A stretch of 64,000 nt of DNA, filler included, from Rhizaria sp. SCN 62-66 (GCA_001724265.1; 5 parts of 5 records of this genome joined end to end with filler, not necessarily neighbours in it), one strand, 5' to 3'; positions 37,001 to 49,869 are shown, counted from the first letter of the whole stretch. Translations and numbers: made by a program. Notes: generated from the letters alone by a model not told the origin.

Positions 37001-40000
37001 CTTGACGACGGCGCGAGCGCGGACGGCGACGATGAATCGTGCCTTGACGGGACCGTATTCGCCGTGTTTGCCGAGCAGCTGCACAACAACACATGGACGC
37101 CCCCGACAGCCAAGGCGCAGCTCCTCGCCCCGGCGTCGCACGGCGTCGGCAGCGAGGTTGCCGCGTGGGCGTGGCTCGCAAGCCCTACAGCTCCCTTTGC
37201 GTCGAACGACGACGCCCGCCTTGGTGCATCGTTCTTGATGCTCCCTAACACAGTCGGCGCTGCAAACGCGGCGTATACGAACCCGTCTGCGATCCTTCTG
37301 CGCACGGGCGGCTTAACTTATCCGACGGGTGCGGCGCGCGCCGGTGGGCTAACGACCGCGTACCCGTTTTTCATGCATACAGCGCTGCAGTCAGACGCGG
37401 ACCAGTCTGTTTTTGTGGCGCTGACGTCACCATGCACGCATAACCCTTGCGCAAACGGCGGCAATTGCAGTGTTTGCACTCTTGCGACGTGTCTTCCCAC
37501 ATCGCCGACGCACTTCGTAGGCATGAGTACCAAGAGTTACAAGTGCATCTGCCCCGCCGGTTTCTACGGCGAGCACTGCGAGGTCACTCGCGCCCAGTAC
37601 GCCCCCCCAACCGCGCCCGCAGTGCCGGCCCTGGTCTGCGCCGGCGCCGGCAGCACGACGGCTGCCGCGCTCAACGCGCCGTGCACGTGCGCGGCGGGCA
37701 CCACGGGCAGGCTCTGTTCCCCGGTCACGGCGCGCGCGCTGGTGAACGTTGCCGACGGCACGCCGCTGCCTGGCGCGGTGCCGCGGTTCTTCGCAGCCAG
37801 CGCGACGACGCACAGTCTGTCCGCGGTGGCCGCCCGCGCTCTCGGGCTGCGCGCCGGCGCGACCGTGACGTTTATTGCGGGCGGCACCAGCGGCGTTGAT
37901 ACGAACATTATGACTGCCGCGGTCACTGCGCACTCGCTGACTGCGCGCAACAGCGTTCCCATTGCCGAAGACCGTACTCATGACGCGACCAAGCCGGTGC
38001 TGGAAACAGATGCTACCAAAGACACCGTTGCGTACACAGGACAGCACATGGGTGCCTCGCTGGTGTATTACCCACAGGGCAACTGCCTGTTCTTGTTTGG
38101 GGGCATCGTGAGTAACGGTGGCGACGACGTACGTATTTGTCGACACTACATTCACAACGGTAGATACGTCTCATTTTATTCATTGACATTAATATTTTTC
38201 CCACGTATTCTCACACCTTTTGTTTTGGACTTCTCTTTCTCATTTTGATAGCGCGAGTACTTTGAGCGCCTTTGGCGGATTCCTGTTGCCGCAGCATCGC
38301 TGAGCTTCCCCCCTGAGCTCCTCTCCGGTCGCAACCTCGACGCTAAGTCGTGGCCTATCATCAAACCCTCCACCGACCTTGTCGACGTTGGCGTCGTTGG
38401 CCACCAGCGCCGCCGCTCCTCGGCCGCTTACCCGGACGGCAGCCCCGGTGCGCGCGCCTTCCACAGCTCTGTGCTCGTCACGCGCAGCAACGACGGCCAG
38501 CAGTGGGTCTACACTTACGGCGGGCTGATTTCCGACGCCGGCACCTCGAAGGTTACCTTCCGCGGCGACATGTGGCGCTACTGCGCCACGCTCACCGGCG
38601 ACGTTAACTGGCAGTACGTCGGCTGCGCCACGGGTCCGAACTTCGTCTCCGACGCCAGGCTATCGTACGGCGAGTCGGTCACGCTCGCGACCTTCTGCCC
38701 GTCTGCCCGCGCGCGCGCCTCGCTTGTGGCGGTCGGCGAGACGCTCGTTCTTAGCGGCGGTGTCGGCGTCAACGGCGCGCTCGACGACATCTGGCGCTTC
38801 GACCTCGTGTCCGAGATGTGGACTCTGCTTTCCGGTCAAAGCCAAAAAACTCAGCCTTTGGCTGCGGACGTTGCGATTCCCCCTGTCTTGACCGGTCCAG
38901 TCAGCGCCCGCACGATGGGCTCGCGCTACGACCACGGCTGCGACGCAGCGCCCGACAGCGTGATGGTGTACTGCTACGGCGGCATGACTGCACGCGGTGT
39001 GTACGCCGACATTTACCGCTCTGCGGCGCCGATTGCCCTGTCGCGCGCGGTGCATCTTGCGAAAGTCGCCGACCCGTCGGCGCTGTTTTACCCGTTCCGT
39101 GACGTGGCGAGCGACGGCGCGACCCCAGGCACGGTTGTGAGCTTCCTGCCGCGCACGTTGCTTACGCAGGCGGGGCTGCTATCGAAGATGACGCTGCGCG
39201 GCATCACATACTACCTCACGCGGCCAGTCGATGCGCGCGTGTCGGCTAGGGTGACAATTGGGGTTGAAAATGTACTCAATGTACCAAGTGGCAAGTTGCA
39301 CGAGTTTGTCATGAGCAGTATCACGACCAAAAACCTTACGTTCGCGGATTTTGGGACCACATCAACCGAGTTCACGATGCCTTTGGAGCTTCCAATAACT
39401 CTTTCGTCAAATAGCGTCGGAATTATTGTTGCTCTAGAGGTCATCGTGCTGAACATTGACGGATGGTCCGGGCTTGGCAGCGGTGGGCAAATTGAGGAAT
39501 CACTTGCTTACGGTAGCTTCGAGCCAAGCAACGCTGCCCCTGATGAGCTCACCGAATTCCTTGTCTCAAGGACCAAAAACACGCATTTCGTCACAAACAG
39601 CGGTCTCACGTATGAGTCTGCGCTTGTGCCCCAGATGCGCCTCCACGTTTCTCCTCGTGGCGGCGGTTTCACACAGGGCCACGCCTCGAGCTCGGATCTT
39701 TTTAGCATCGACGCGGTGACGGGCGTGGTTGCCGCGCTCTTCGCGCCCCCCACCGGCGCGGCCCCGTCCGCCGCGGTGCTGTCCAAGACGCTGTCCCTCA
39801 CCGGTGTGATTCGCGCTTACGCCAGCGACCCCGTGATCGAGGACGCCGAGCTGGGCTACGGCGCGGTGTGGGCGGACACGCTCGACCGCGACTCCGACCC
39901 ATCGGCGCCCGCGAGCTACGGCGTGCTCCCAGTCACCCTGCCAGGGCTTGCGTCTCACGCGTTTGCGCTGGTGATTGACCCGACTGCGCAGTACGCCATG

Positions 40001-42231
40001 CAGGGCATCCCCGCGTTCACGCTCTACGGCGGCCGGTGGGTGCAGGAGACACCGTATGAGACGACAATGACGTCGGCGGTGGACAGGATCTCCGGGTTCA
40101 CGACTTTTTGGGCCGAGACGAACGACGCTACTAAACCACCGTCGAGGTATGCTTAGATTATCTGATTAGGTCTCTTTTATTACATCATTCTATCGATAGG
40201 ATCTTTCTTAACATCACGACCCATGCTGCTATTACTCGTATAACTGTCTTGTGCTGTCTCACTCTTCTTTTTTATTTCTTCTTTGCACCCTTTGCTTTTT
40301 TTTCTTAGTCCATTCGCAATGATGAACGTCAAAGTCCTCCACGCCGGCACTACATTGCCCCCGTACACGCCCCTCGTCACCCCACTGAATCCCTACCCCG
40401 TTCCCAAGGTTCCGCGTTTTACGGCGGCGATGCACGAGGTGCGGCTTACATTTGATACCCCGACGCAGCAGCCGCGCAATACGACTTCGGCGTCAACGAT
40501 GAACTGTTACGTCGTGTTTGAGCAAGCTTCGTCGCCAGACACGTACGGCGATGCGCCTCGTTGTGCCTGGCTCTCACCCACTGGTACGTTGAAAGTGTAT
40601 CCCGCTAAATTTCGGTCGACGTCACTTACTCTATTGTATTCGTTTTTAACTCGCTCGCAACTCAATATGATCTTAAGCTTACATGAGAACTTTTAATCAC
40701 GTTACCCACACAGTTTTCAGCATGGCGCTCGGCGCTTCTTTTACCGCCCGCATCGGTACTGGCTTTATCGTCCGCGCTGGCGCCATTCGCCTTGGCAGTG
40801 CGATCATCGACGGCGAAGTTCCTCTGTACCTCCCACGCACTGCACTTACACTTGCAGCGTCGTTAGACAGTCCACTTGTTCCTGTGCCAGTCGTCACGAC
40901 GCAAACCACGGTGGGGCCTTGCGACAGCCTTACTCTGTCGACCGCGGCTAGTACAAACAACGGCGGGCTCGCCTTTGTCTATGAATGGTCTGTCACGGGC
41001 TCAGCAGCGCAGACCAAGGCGTTTAATGACTATTTGAATGAGACATTTGGTGACTACATTGCAAACGCGACGTTTAGCGCGACCAAGTCCCCGATGTTCG
41101 CGCCTCTTCTTTCGTTATCACCTACCATGCTTGCAAAGGTCATGGACAAAGGGCAGACTAGCACCTTCACACTGACTTTGACGACGTGGCACGGTACAAC
41201 GCAGCAAACAAGCGTTGCTGTGACGCGGTCAACTGATCCTCTGCCACAGATTGCCATTGCAGGCAGCAAAGATGTCACAACACTGCCAACTCGTAACCTG
41301 CTTGTGAACGCACTGATCTCGCGTGTCGGTGTTTGCGACGCAGCGTCAACGCGCTACAATATATCGTACGCGTGGAAACAAGTGCTTGTGCCTGCTGACT
41401 ACAACACTTCGGTCGATTTCACCGGAAATTTGGCGTCGCTCCGTGTCCGCGCATACGCAATGAAGGCGCGCAGCGAGCCGTATCAGTTCAATGTGTCGGT
41501 TGTTGACAACACGAACAACCATTCCTATCCGAATTCAGACACAGTGTTTGTGACCGTGAACGCGTCACCGCTGCGCGCGTTGCTGTCCGGTGGCAACCGT
41601 GTGCATTCCGCGCAGGTACCGCTTACCCTCTCCGCCGCGACCTCGCGTGATCCTGACATCAACCCCGCGTCCGGCTTACCAAGTGGTTTAGCTTTTGCGT
41701 GGCAGTGCGTTGATGATCTCTCGCCGGCTGAACCATGTTTTGGTCACGCTACCGCAGCTTTCCTTGCGGATTCTGCCTTTCCAACTGGTGTGCTTACACT
41801 GCCGGCTACCGTGTTGACGAACAATGTCACTGAAGGAATCACCACACTTCGGTTCACTGTGACCGTGAGCAAGGCCGGTCGCCCCTCTGTCACAGCAGTG
41901 ACTCTTGTTTTTCTCGTGCCCGTAACTCCAGAGTACGCGCTTACAGTCGCACCGCCTGACCGCGCACAGTTGTTGCAGCAGAATCCCGTTGTGCTGACCG
42001 CGAATGTGTCTCGTAAAGACGGTGCCGCCACCACTGCAGCCAATGAGACGCACAAGCCGATCGCATTATGGTCGTGCGACACGCGCAATGCGAACCTGGA
42101 CGAGCCCGGACTGGTGTTGCACCGCGGCGCGGCGCCCGCGAGCGACGGCTCGGGCCGCATGGTGCACACGCTTACCCTCGCCGGCGAGAAGCTCCTGCCC
42201 GGCGTAGTCTACACGATGCGTCTCTCGCTGT
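31090..42231 (+). CDS. Large secreted/surface protein with Kelch-like repeats, EGF-like domains and a PKD/REJ-like region; 8 exons, 3' truncated, 2 in-frame TAG
   Basis: Signal peptide (IVLLLLVALSTAVHT). Frame-consistent exons: 31090-32475, 32630-33431, 33561-35959, 36143-36438, 36553-38128, 38252-40146, 40309-40583, 40714-42231. Repeated PGAR...LFGG...DLW Kelch-like motifs; EGF motifs (CANGGNC...CICPAGFYGEHCE); REJ-like PLRALLSGGNR...TLSAATSRDPD...FAWQC. TAGs at 31462-31464 and 32978-32980. Confidence 0.85.
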
Positions 42232-42331
42232 NNNNNNNNNNNNNNNNNNNNNNNNNNNNNNNNNNNNNNNNNNNNTTAATTAATTAANNNNNNNNNNNNN
42301 NNNNNNNNNNNNNNNNNNNNNNNNNNNNNNN
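42232..42331. other. Artificial contig-joining spacer
   Basis: 100 nt of N surrounding TTAATTAATTAA. Confidence 0.97.
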
Positions 42332-42336
42332 GCACT

Positions 42337-42377
<41 letters not shown>

Positions 42378-43185
42378 TGCCCGCGCTCCCGTCGGCCGCG
42401 GCGACGATGGGGCCCGGGATGGGGGCGCGCAGCGTGGCCTGGCCGGCGCCGCGCCGCCGCAGGCCCGACACGGGGCCGGCCGCCGCCGCTGCGGGCTGCT
42501 GTTGCTGCTGTTGCTGCTGCTGCGCGAGGGGCTGGGGCTGGGACTGGAAGCTGAAGCTCTGCGGCTGCGGCTGCTGCAGCTGTTGTGGCTGCTGCTGTTG
42601 CTGAGCATACCCGGCGTCGTAGCCAGCGCCGCCGTAGCCGCCGTAGCCGCTGCCGTAGCCGTAGCCGTCGCCGTAGAGCGGCTGCGCGGGCGGTGCGGGC
42701 GAGGGCGAGGGCGCGGGCAGCCCCCAGGCAGGCGAGGGGGCGACCATGAGCGGCGGCGCGCTCAGCGCGGGGTCGTTGCCGCCGAAGGAGAAGGTCGAAA
42801 TGAGGTGATCCAGCTGCGCGTCGCCAGTCGCGAACGAGGGGGACCACGGCGCCGCGCCCGGGCCCGCGGCCGCGGCAGCGCCGTCGTAGCCGACGCCGCC
42901 GCCGTAGCCGCCGCCGAAGCTGGGGCTGTAGCTGGGGCCTGACAGGGAAGGCACGGAGAGCGAGGGCGGGGGGAAGTAAGGGCCAGTCGCCGTGGGCGGC
43001 GCGGGGCCGCCGGGGCCGGGCCGGGACGGACCGTATGCCGCTCCTGCTCCCGCCGCCGCTGCCGCAGACGCAGACGCAGAGGCGTGCGTGTGCGCCTGTC
43101 CAAGTTGTCCTGAGGCAGAGGTGGTGAGTGGCGGCGGAGGCATAGCGCCGCCGCCACCGGGCAGCTGCGGCCTGTGCGCCGACAT
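42332..43185 (-). CDS. Hypothetical protein, Pro/Gly/Tyr/Gln-rich N-terminus, 3' truncated
   Basis: ATG 43185 (MSAHRPQLPGG) starts a GC-rich open frame with the same codon style as the other genes; it runs into the gap. Confidence 0.7.
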
Positions 43186-43980
43186 CGCCGAGAGTGAGTG
43201 CGCGAGCAGACGGGTGGGCGCTGGAAGACGGAGGTGTGGCGACTGTGCTCTGAGTGAGCAAGGGGAGAGCCTGGGAGGAGAGGGATTGCCGAGGGCTGTG
43301 GGGCGCAGTAGTAGACGATGAAACAGAAAACAAAGAGATGAACGTAAGCGACAGATTATAGCAGTGCAAGGCGCATACTCCGCAAAAGTGAGAAGTGCGC
43401 AGGGCGCTTGCAAGGGTGCAGATACGAAAGGCAAACTGCAGTAAAGGAAAGTGCCAGTGACGAGCAAAGTTGCAAAGACGTGTGCAGGTTATACCATGCA
43501 TCAATAGAAAAGTGAAAGTAAAAATAAGAAAGTGCAAAATCGCTAAAATATAGTTCTAAAATACACCGACGAATAAGCTTCAGTGGAACGAGAAACGGCA
43601 TGTTTAAGTTGGCACGAGCTTCGTCTAACCGTGAGCGCACTGACTGTAGACCATCGCGATTGGTAATCTCGGCACGCAAAAACCGCGCGCCATAAACATT
43701 TTTAAAAAAGGAACGCAACATAAATATGCAGTTCTAGTACTGTCCTAGTTATAACACTGAACAAAACAGGATTACAGATACTATTACCGCCACAAAATTG
43801 GTTTGCGAAAAACCATACGCAGTCTTGAGCAAGTCACCATGGTGCCAGGGTGCCGCTTTGCCTGTGTCGCATCTGGGCATTCCTTCAACAAACGATATCT
43901 CTCGTAACTCTTTGTAATTTTTGCCGCCAGACTTTTGAGGCATGTTAAAACTTGTATCCGATTTTGAAAATAAGGTTTTA

Positions 43981-44035
43981 ATTGCGCCACAAAGACATTG
44001 CGCCACAAAGACATTAAATGCGCCACAAATACATG
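43981..44035. repeat. Short tandem repeat of ATTGCGCCACAAAGAC (about 3 copies, last degenerate)
   Basis: Directly visible. Confidence 0.75.
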
Positions 44036-45387
44036 GCACAACTTACTTCGTCGCAACGCTGTCAGAATCGCACAAACTCGCCATAATGTAAGTATTTGTC
44101 AGTAGATAAATATGTGTTAAATATTTTTTGCTGTACAATAATTAAATAATTGTAAATAAATATTTTTATTTAAATAAATTATATTTTATTCTTATGAATA
44201 ATATTATTAGTTGATATTAAGTAAAATAAATTTAAACACGCATCAAATACGTATTAATTTATTTTCAAGGGTTATATTTATTCTTTAAACAACATGAAGG
44301 CATTTCCTCAGAACGTGCTCAATTTACATTTAAAAATGAAACACTCAATTTATTACATACTAATAATGTAATATAGAGTTACAATATTTAATTATTTTTC
44401 CTGACACAGTTTTAACTGATAAAATTACTTATACTTTAAAAAAGTGTTTTATGTGTTTTTATGTTTTAAAAACACTCAAATAAATAAATTAAAATGTTTT
44501 CATACTTTAATTTATTTTAATTTTCTAATAAAACGTCAATTTACCCGATCATCTAGGTCCACCCCACTCACTATCTTCTTCCGAATGCACTTTCGAGGTA
44601 ACTGATCAAGTCCCCGGGCTCCACGACGCGTCCCTCACGCACATGCGCTTCGCCAACGCCGCCGGCACCGCGGGCGCGGCCGGCGCGAGCGTGGCGGCGG
44701 CGGCGCTGGCGGGCGCGCTGGCGGGCGGCCCCCACGAGCGGCGGGCGCTGGCTTTCGGGCTGCTGATGGACATATGACCGCTTTTATTTGACCGCTTCAA
44801 TTATTGTGCAATTTTTGTATTTATTGTTTGTTTTTATTTATTGTTTTTGCAAAAACAGAGCGCTTTGTGCCTGAATTAATAGTTGGAACTCACTAGTACT
44901 GTACTACTAGTACTACTACAGTAACACTTTGGCCCCATGACTGAATAGTACGCATGTGAGGAACATTTGTCATGATCATCTTTTTGTGATCAACCTTAAG
45001 ATTGGTCATCAGTGACCACCAAAGTATCGACCCAGGCTACGCGTGCTGCAACCCGAGACATTCTAACCGTGAGCCGCCGCTGGAAAGAGCGTAACAGCGG
45101 GTCGAGGAGCGCGGGAGCGCTCCCGCGCTTGGTAGCAAGGCCGCGTGGCCTTTCGTTTGACTGTATAATATACAGTACTAGTTAATGCCCATCTACATGA
45201 TGAATGAACTATGAATTTGCATTTTCACGATTGAATCTGCTCAAGATACTAGTACTAATACCGCCATCGAGTTATGTCTCGGGCGGCCTTGTCCTGTTGC
45301 TGTCCTGTGTGTTGGTCGTTAAAATATGTATGTTTTTGCGGAGTTAGGTAATCCATCGGCAAAATTGAGATTTCAGCAATTTATACC

Positions 45388-45459
45388 ACGATAGTTGTCC
45401 AATGGTTAAGATTCTCGCCTTCCAAGCGAGTGATCCGGGTTCGATTCCCGGCTATCGTA
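45388..45459 (+). tRNA. tRNA-Gly(TCC)
   Basis: Cloverleaf: acceptor ACGATAG/CTATCGT, D-loop with GG, anticodon arm CTCGC-CTTCCAA-GCGAG (TCC at 45421-45423), T arm CCGGG-TTCGATT-CCCGG. T6 Pol III terminator at 45462-45467. Confidence 0.95.
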
Positions 45460-47078
45460 TCTTTTTTATGCACGCGCGCACTCTCATGTCCACCTTGCGT
45501 CGTTCACTTCCACTAAGTTTGGGCACATTTGGTGCAGATCTTACCCCCCATTCACTCCAATCCGTTCCCGACCCCTCTCCAGCCACCCAGGCCGCGTCTG
45601 CGCGGCCCGGTTGGTGCGTCACGCCGAACCCCAAGATGTATCGTGTCTGCGTGTTGCATTTTTTTTGTTCCACACCTGCTGGTCCGCCACAAGCCCGCCA
45701 CAGATCCACCACCGGTCCGCACAGGTCCAGCACCAGTCTGCTACAGTCTGCCACAGGTCTGCCACATCATGAACATGTCTGCCACATATCTGTCGTATTG
45801 TCTGCCTGCGTACTGGACTATATGATGTGTTATACTAGTACAATATGTAATATTAATATTAAATACGAAGTGGCGCTCACAAAATGATTGTACATGTATA
45901 TTAATACTATACTTTGTACCACTTGTGGTTATGCTTTCACGTAAGAGACGACCAAGTGTCTTGTTACGTGCGGGTTCCTGCATAATTTTGGATGCGCGCC
46001 ATATATTTATATTAATACAGAGACAGTCTCATCAGTGATCAAGTTCTCGCCTATGTTGAGCTCGGCATCTCACTTGGGCAGTCAACAAGGCATAATTCCA
46101 GTGGGTGCACCTGTAATGCCGCAGCGTGTGCTGCGACCTGCGCCGCTACAGCATTCTCCACAACCCATTGCGCCCTACTAATACGCTGGCGCTAACACTG
46201 CACCGCTGCCATTTCGTCCTCGGTCACTCGCAGTCACCATTTCACCGCGTCCTCACACAGGCGCACAGCAGCAGCAGCAGCATGCACGCCTGACAAACGG
46301 TGTCTGAAAAAACAGTGGTGCAACGCACGAACGCTTACTTAATCACGATATTGCTCATAAGCTTATGTGATTATCATTTTACTACTGTCGTTTCGATCGA
46401 TGACATCTTTCGGTGCCTCTGAGTGCCGATGATAAAAATTTCAGTTATGTGGACCCTGGTATGTGCAACGTACGAAAATACAACGCGTGTAATGACAGGA
46501 TGTACAAAGAGGAACATTTCGATCTTTATAGATGCGTTAATGACTTAAAGACCTTTCTTCCTGAACACCTTTGAGTCAACAGTCTTGATTAACCTTGTAC
46601 GTATGAAAAGTACGCGAGAACTTCAAGTGGCAAAATCCTGTTGCGTAATCACGATCCAAACCTTTCGAAAGATGATCAACACCACATTGTGCTGTACATA
46701 TGCCCTGACTGTTCAACGTACACAAAAAGCTTTGGTCTAATGTGTGTGATTTCTCGTTTTGATTTTAATATATACTCTGAATGCAATTTGTTGTTTTAGT
46801 ATCAGACATGTGTTACCTCGATCGGACAAACAATCATCACGTTTTCGCCGCCACTTTGAATATGCGATGTATCCATATTCTTCTAATATATGTTTTTGAT
46901 TCAATATCATTTGTGTGATTAATTCTAATAAGCTCAAAATACTACTAGGTCGAAAAGCCAAAAAATTCAGAAAATGTGGCGATTTTGCAACACGTTGATT
47001 TTAAAAATACATTTAAATAACTAAAAAATCGATTTTTCCGGTATCTCTCGATCCAAAGAAGGTGAAATTATACTTCAC

Positions 47079-47149
47079 GCCGGTATAAGATAGTGGAATT
47101 CTGCGGCCCTCCTAAGGCTGAAACTCGGGTTCGATTCCCGGTGCTGGTG
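47079..47149 (+). tRNA. tRNA-Arg(CCT)
   Basis: Acceptor GCCGGTA/TGCTGGT, D arm AGAT-AGTGGAA-TTCT, anticodon arm CGGCC-CTCCTAA-GGCTG (CCT at 47111-47113), T arm TCGGG-TTCGATT-CCCGG. T9 terminator at 47154-47162. Confidence 0.92.
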
Positions 47150-47685
47150 TCTGTTTTTTTTTCGCCCCCGCCCCTCCCGAGGGCTTTAGTCGCCCAGTTG
47201 AGTTTTTTTTTGCTCCTGCTGTTACGCCCTAAGCTGTCCTAGCAGCTTGACAAACAGATGGACAACGTATGCTGCGAAATGTGTAACACTCGAACGACAT
47301 GCGTTGAGCCGAACAACGACCTGTAGTACACATGACGCAGACAAATTGCGACCTTCAATTCCTAAACCTACAAATAAACATAATCTTGTTGTATTGTTGA
47401 TATTGATATAATATTAATATGCTATAACAAAGAGGCGCGCTAGAGAGAGAGAGCGTTCATTTTAAGCTTAACTATGTACTGTGTACTGTTAGTGTTGTGT
47501 ACAAGCACGATTATATCCATCTAAGTGAAAGGTATGAGGCTAATATAGAACGTGGCAAAGAAACGATAAAGAAATGAGTGTGTGCAGGAGAGAAACAACG
47601 CCGACAACTATGACGACGGCGACAGCGACGGCGACGCCGGCGACGCCGACTAACGACTGACGTGGATTGACAAGGCCGCGGCGCC

Positions 47686-49128
47686 TTACTTCTGCGTGGT
47701 CGCGGACGCGAGCCCGGCCTTGGCCTTGGCGGCCACGGCGCTTAGGTCCCAGAGCTTGACGGTGTTGTCGTCAGAGCCCGTGGCGACGCGCACCTCGCCC
47801 TTGCCCGCGGGCGCGGCCAGCGCCATGGCGAGCACGGCGTTGTTGTGTCCGGTGAGCGCGGCGAGGCGCTGGCCGTCGCGGCCGTCCCAGGCGCGCACTA
47901 CGCCGTCGGCCGCGGCTGTGACGAGCACGGGCAGCGCGGGCACCCAGGCGGCTGCCGCGACGCCGCCCTCGTGCTGCAGCGTCTGCCGCAGCATCCAGTT
48001 GCGCGACGGATCCCACACCTTGGCCACGCAGTCGGCCGACGCCGAGGCCAGCAGCGGCTGCCCCGTCGTTCCGCCGAAGGTCAGCGCCTCGACCGAGTCG
48101 CGGTGCGCCTCCTTGAGGCGCGCCAGCACCGAGAGCTTGCCTGTGCTCGCGCCCGCGAGCGAGAGCACATGCACGGAGCCGTCCTGCGCGCCTGACACGG
48201 CCAGAGGCTGGGTGGGGTGTTGCGCCAGGCAGATGACGCCGCCCTGGTGCACGTCGTTGCCGCCCTTGAGGGTCGCCAGCGCCTTGCCCTTGTCGGAGTC
48301 CCAGAGCGTCACGGTGCCGTTCTCGGAGCCGGCGAGCAGCAGCGCCGCGCCGCCAGGGCCCGTGACGCCGCGCAGGAAGAGCAGCGAGCGCACCGGCTCG
48401 CGGCGCGGCGCCGAGAGCACCTTGCGCGCGTAACCTGCGGCGACGTCCCAGAGGTGGACCAGCCCCTCGGAGTTGGCCGTGGCCAGACAGGGCGGCTCGC
48501 TCGAGCCCGCCGCCTGCGGCTGCCAGAGCAGCGTCTCCAGGTCGCCGTCGGCCGAGAGCTCGTGCAGCACCTCGCGCGCGGCGACGTCGACGATGTGGAC
48601 CGTGCCGTCCATGACGCCCACGGCGAGCAGCGCGCCGTCGGGCGAGAAGGCGACGGCGTTGACCGAGTCGGTGAGCCCGGCCAGCTCGAGCAACACGGCC
48701 GGCGCGGCCGGGTCTGAAAGGTCCAGCAGGTGCGCGCTGTCGTCGCCCGCGCCAGAAGCCACCAGCGCCGGGTTCGCCGGGCTGACGGCGACGCAGTACA
48801 CGGCGTCCTTGTGCCCGCGGTGCGTGGCCACGGACTGGTCGGGCACCTCAGCGTCGGCGTCGAGCTGGCCCTGCTCTTCCTCGCCGTCCGCGGCGTCCGC
48901 GGCGTCGGCGTCGTCGCCCTCGAGGTCATCGTCGCCGTACTGGCCCTCGTTGAGAGCGGCAGCAAGCGCGTCCGCGTCGACGTCGTCGTCGTCGTCGTCG
49001 GCGAAGTCGGCCGGTTTGGACTTGTCCACGGCCACCATCTCGGCGCCCTCCTCGTTCTCGATGTTCACCGCCGCCGAGCCCGTGTGCTGCATCTCCGCCA
49101 GCTCCTCCACAGGAACCTTCTCAGACAT
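47686..49128 (-). CDS. WD40 protein, AAMP/Sqt1-like (uL16 chaperone family), 480 aa
   Basis: Probable start ATG 49128 (MSEKVPVEEL). Acidic N-terminus, then DQSVATHRGHKDAVYCVAVSP...VASGAGDD and multiple GH...WD repeats, ending ATGSDDNTVKLWD. Ends in TAA. Confidence 0.82.
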   Translation of the reverse strand: MSEKVPVEELAEMQHTGSAAVNIENEEGAEMVAVDKSKPADFADDDDDDVDADALAAALNEGQYGDDDLEGDDADAADAADGEEEQGQLDADAEVPDQSVATHRGHKDAVYCVAVSPANPALVASGAGDDSAHLLDLSDPAAPAVLLELAGLTDSVNAVAFSPDGALLAVGVMDGTVHIVDVAAREVLHELSADGDLETLLWQPQAAGSSEPPCLATANSEGLVHLWDVAAGYARKVLSAPRREPVRSLLFLRGVTGPGGAALLLAGSENGTVTLWDSDKGKALATLKGGNDVHQGGVICLAQHPTQPLAVSGAQDGSVHVLSLAGASTGKLSVLARLKEAHRDSVEALTFGGTTGQPLLASASADCVAKVWDPSRNWMLRQTLQHEGGVAAAAWVPALPVLVTAAADGVVRAWDGRDGQRLAALTGHNNAVLAMALAAPAGKGEVRVATGSDDNTVKLWDLSAVAAKAKAGLASATTQK

Positions 49129-49869
49129 TTCCCTAAAAGCGCAGGAAGGACAAGACACGCGACAGAGAGTGTCAACGGGCGGGCGACACAAGGAATCGCC
49201 GAGCAAAGAGTGAGACGCAGAGTGAGCGAAATGGGCAAGGCATGCAGAGGGTTGCAGAGAGATGTAGCAGAAATAAAAAATTAATACACGATTAAATAAC
49301 AAAATATCATATCTAAGAATCACACCCACACAACAGATTACGGATTCTACCCGCTTATATCGCTTACTTGCGGAGCCATTCCAGTCGCGTTCCTTTCTCC
49401 GTCCTTCGCACGTCTTGCTCGCCGCCAATTGTGGTCACCGATGCCTCTCGAGAAAGGATCGTGGTTCGTAGGCATGATGAGGCTCTGTGGACGCATTGTT
49501 TAAGTATAGTACACAAGTTTCATGTTGTTTCTAATTTCAGCGCTTATTTCATCTGATGGTATTGTATGATAAAACTTAGAGTCTATTGTACGTCAGCGTA
49601 GGCACAACACTTGGGTTACTGCTCCGCTTGTTGCATAAAGTAATTTTGGGTATAACTTTCCTGTTCATACCCAAACGTCATAAAACAGACACAGATATAG
49701 CTTGATTAATAAATAGATATACAAATTGCGTCATTGATATGAGAATTGAAACTTCGTTCCATGTTCCATTCGTCCGACAGAGACGACATGCTGTTCAACT
49801 GTGTTGCACGCAAGTGTCGATAGATCATACGTACGTACATTGTACTATAGTAGCACGTGCAATGCTCGA

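Noticed and set aside
45680-45790. Degenerate ~11-bp GCCACAGGTC-like repeats downstream of tRNA-Gly
   Set aside because: A decayed minisatellite with too little structure to support any functional claim.
47109-47115. CTA inside the anticodon loop (CTCCTAA), suggesting an amber-decoding tRNA
   Set aside because: In a 7-nt loop the anticodon is positions 3-5 = CCT (Arg) with U33 in place; CTA is offset by one base. No CUA tRNA is visible in this window.
49129-49428. 100-aa N-terminal extension of the WD40 ORF
   Set aside because: Starts at TTG, is AT-rich and not protein-like; ATG 49128 coincides with the shift to GC-rich coding sequence.
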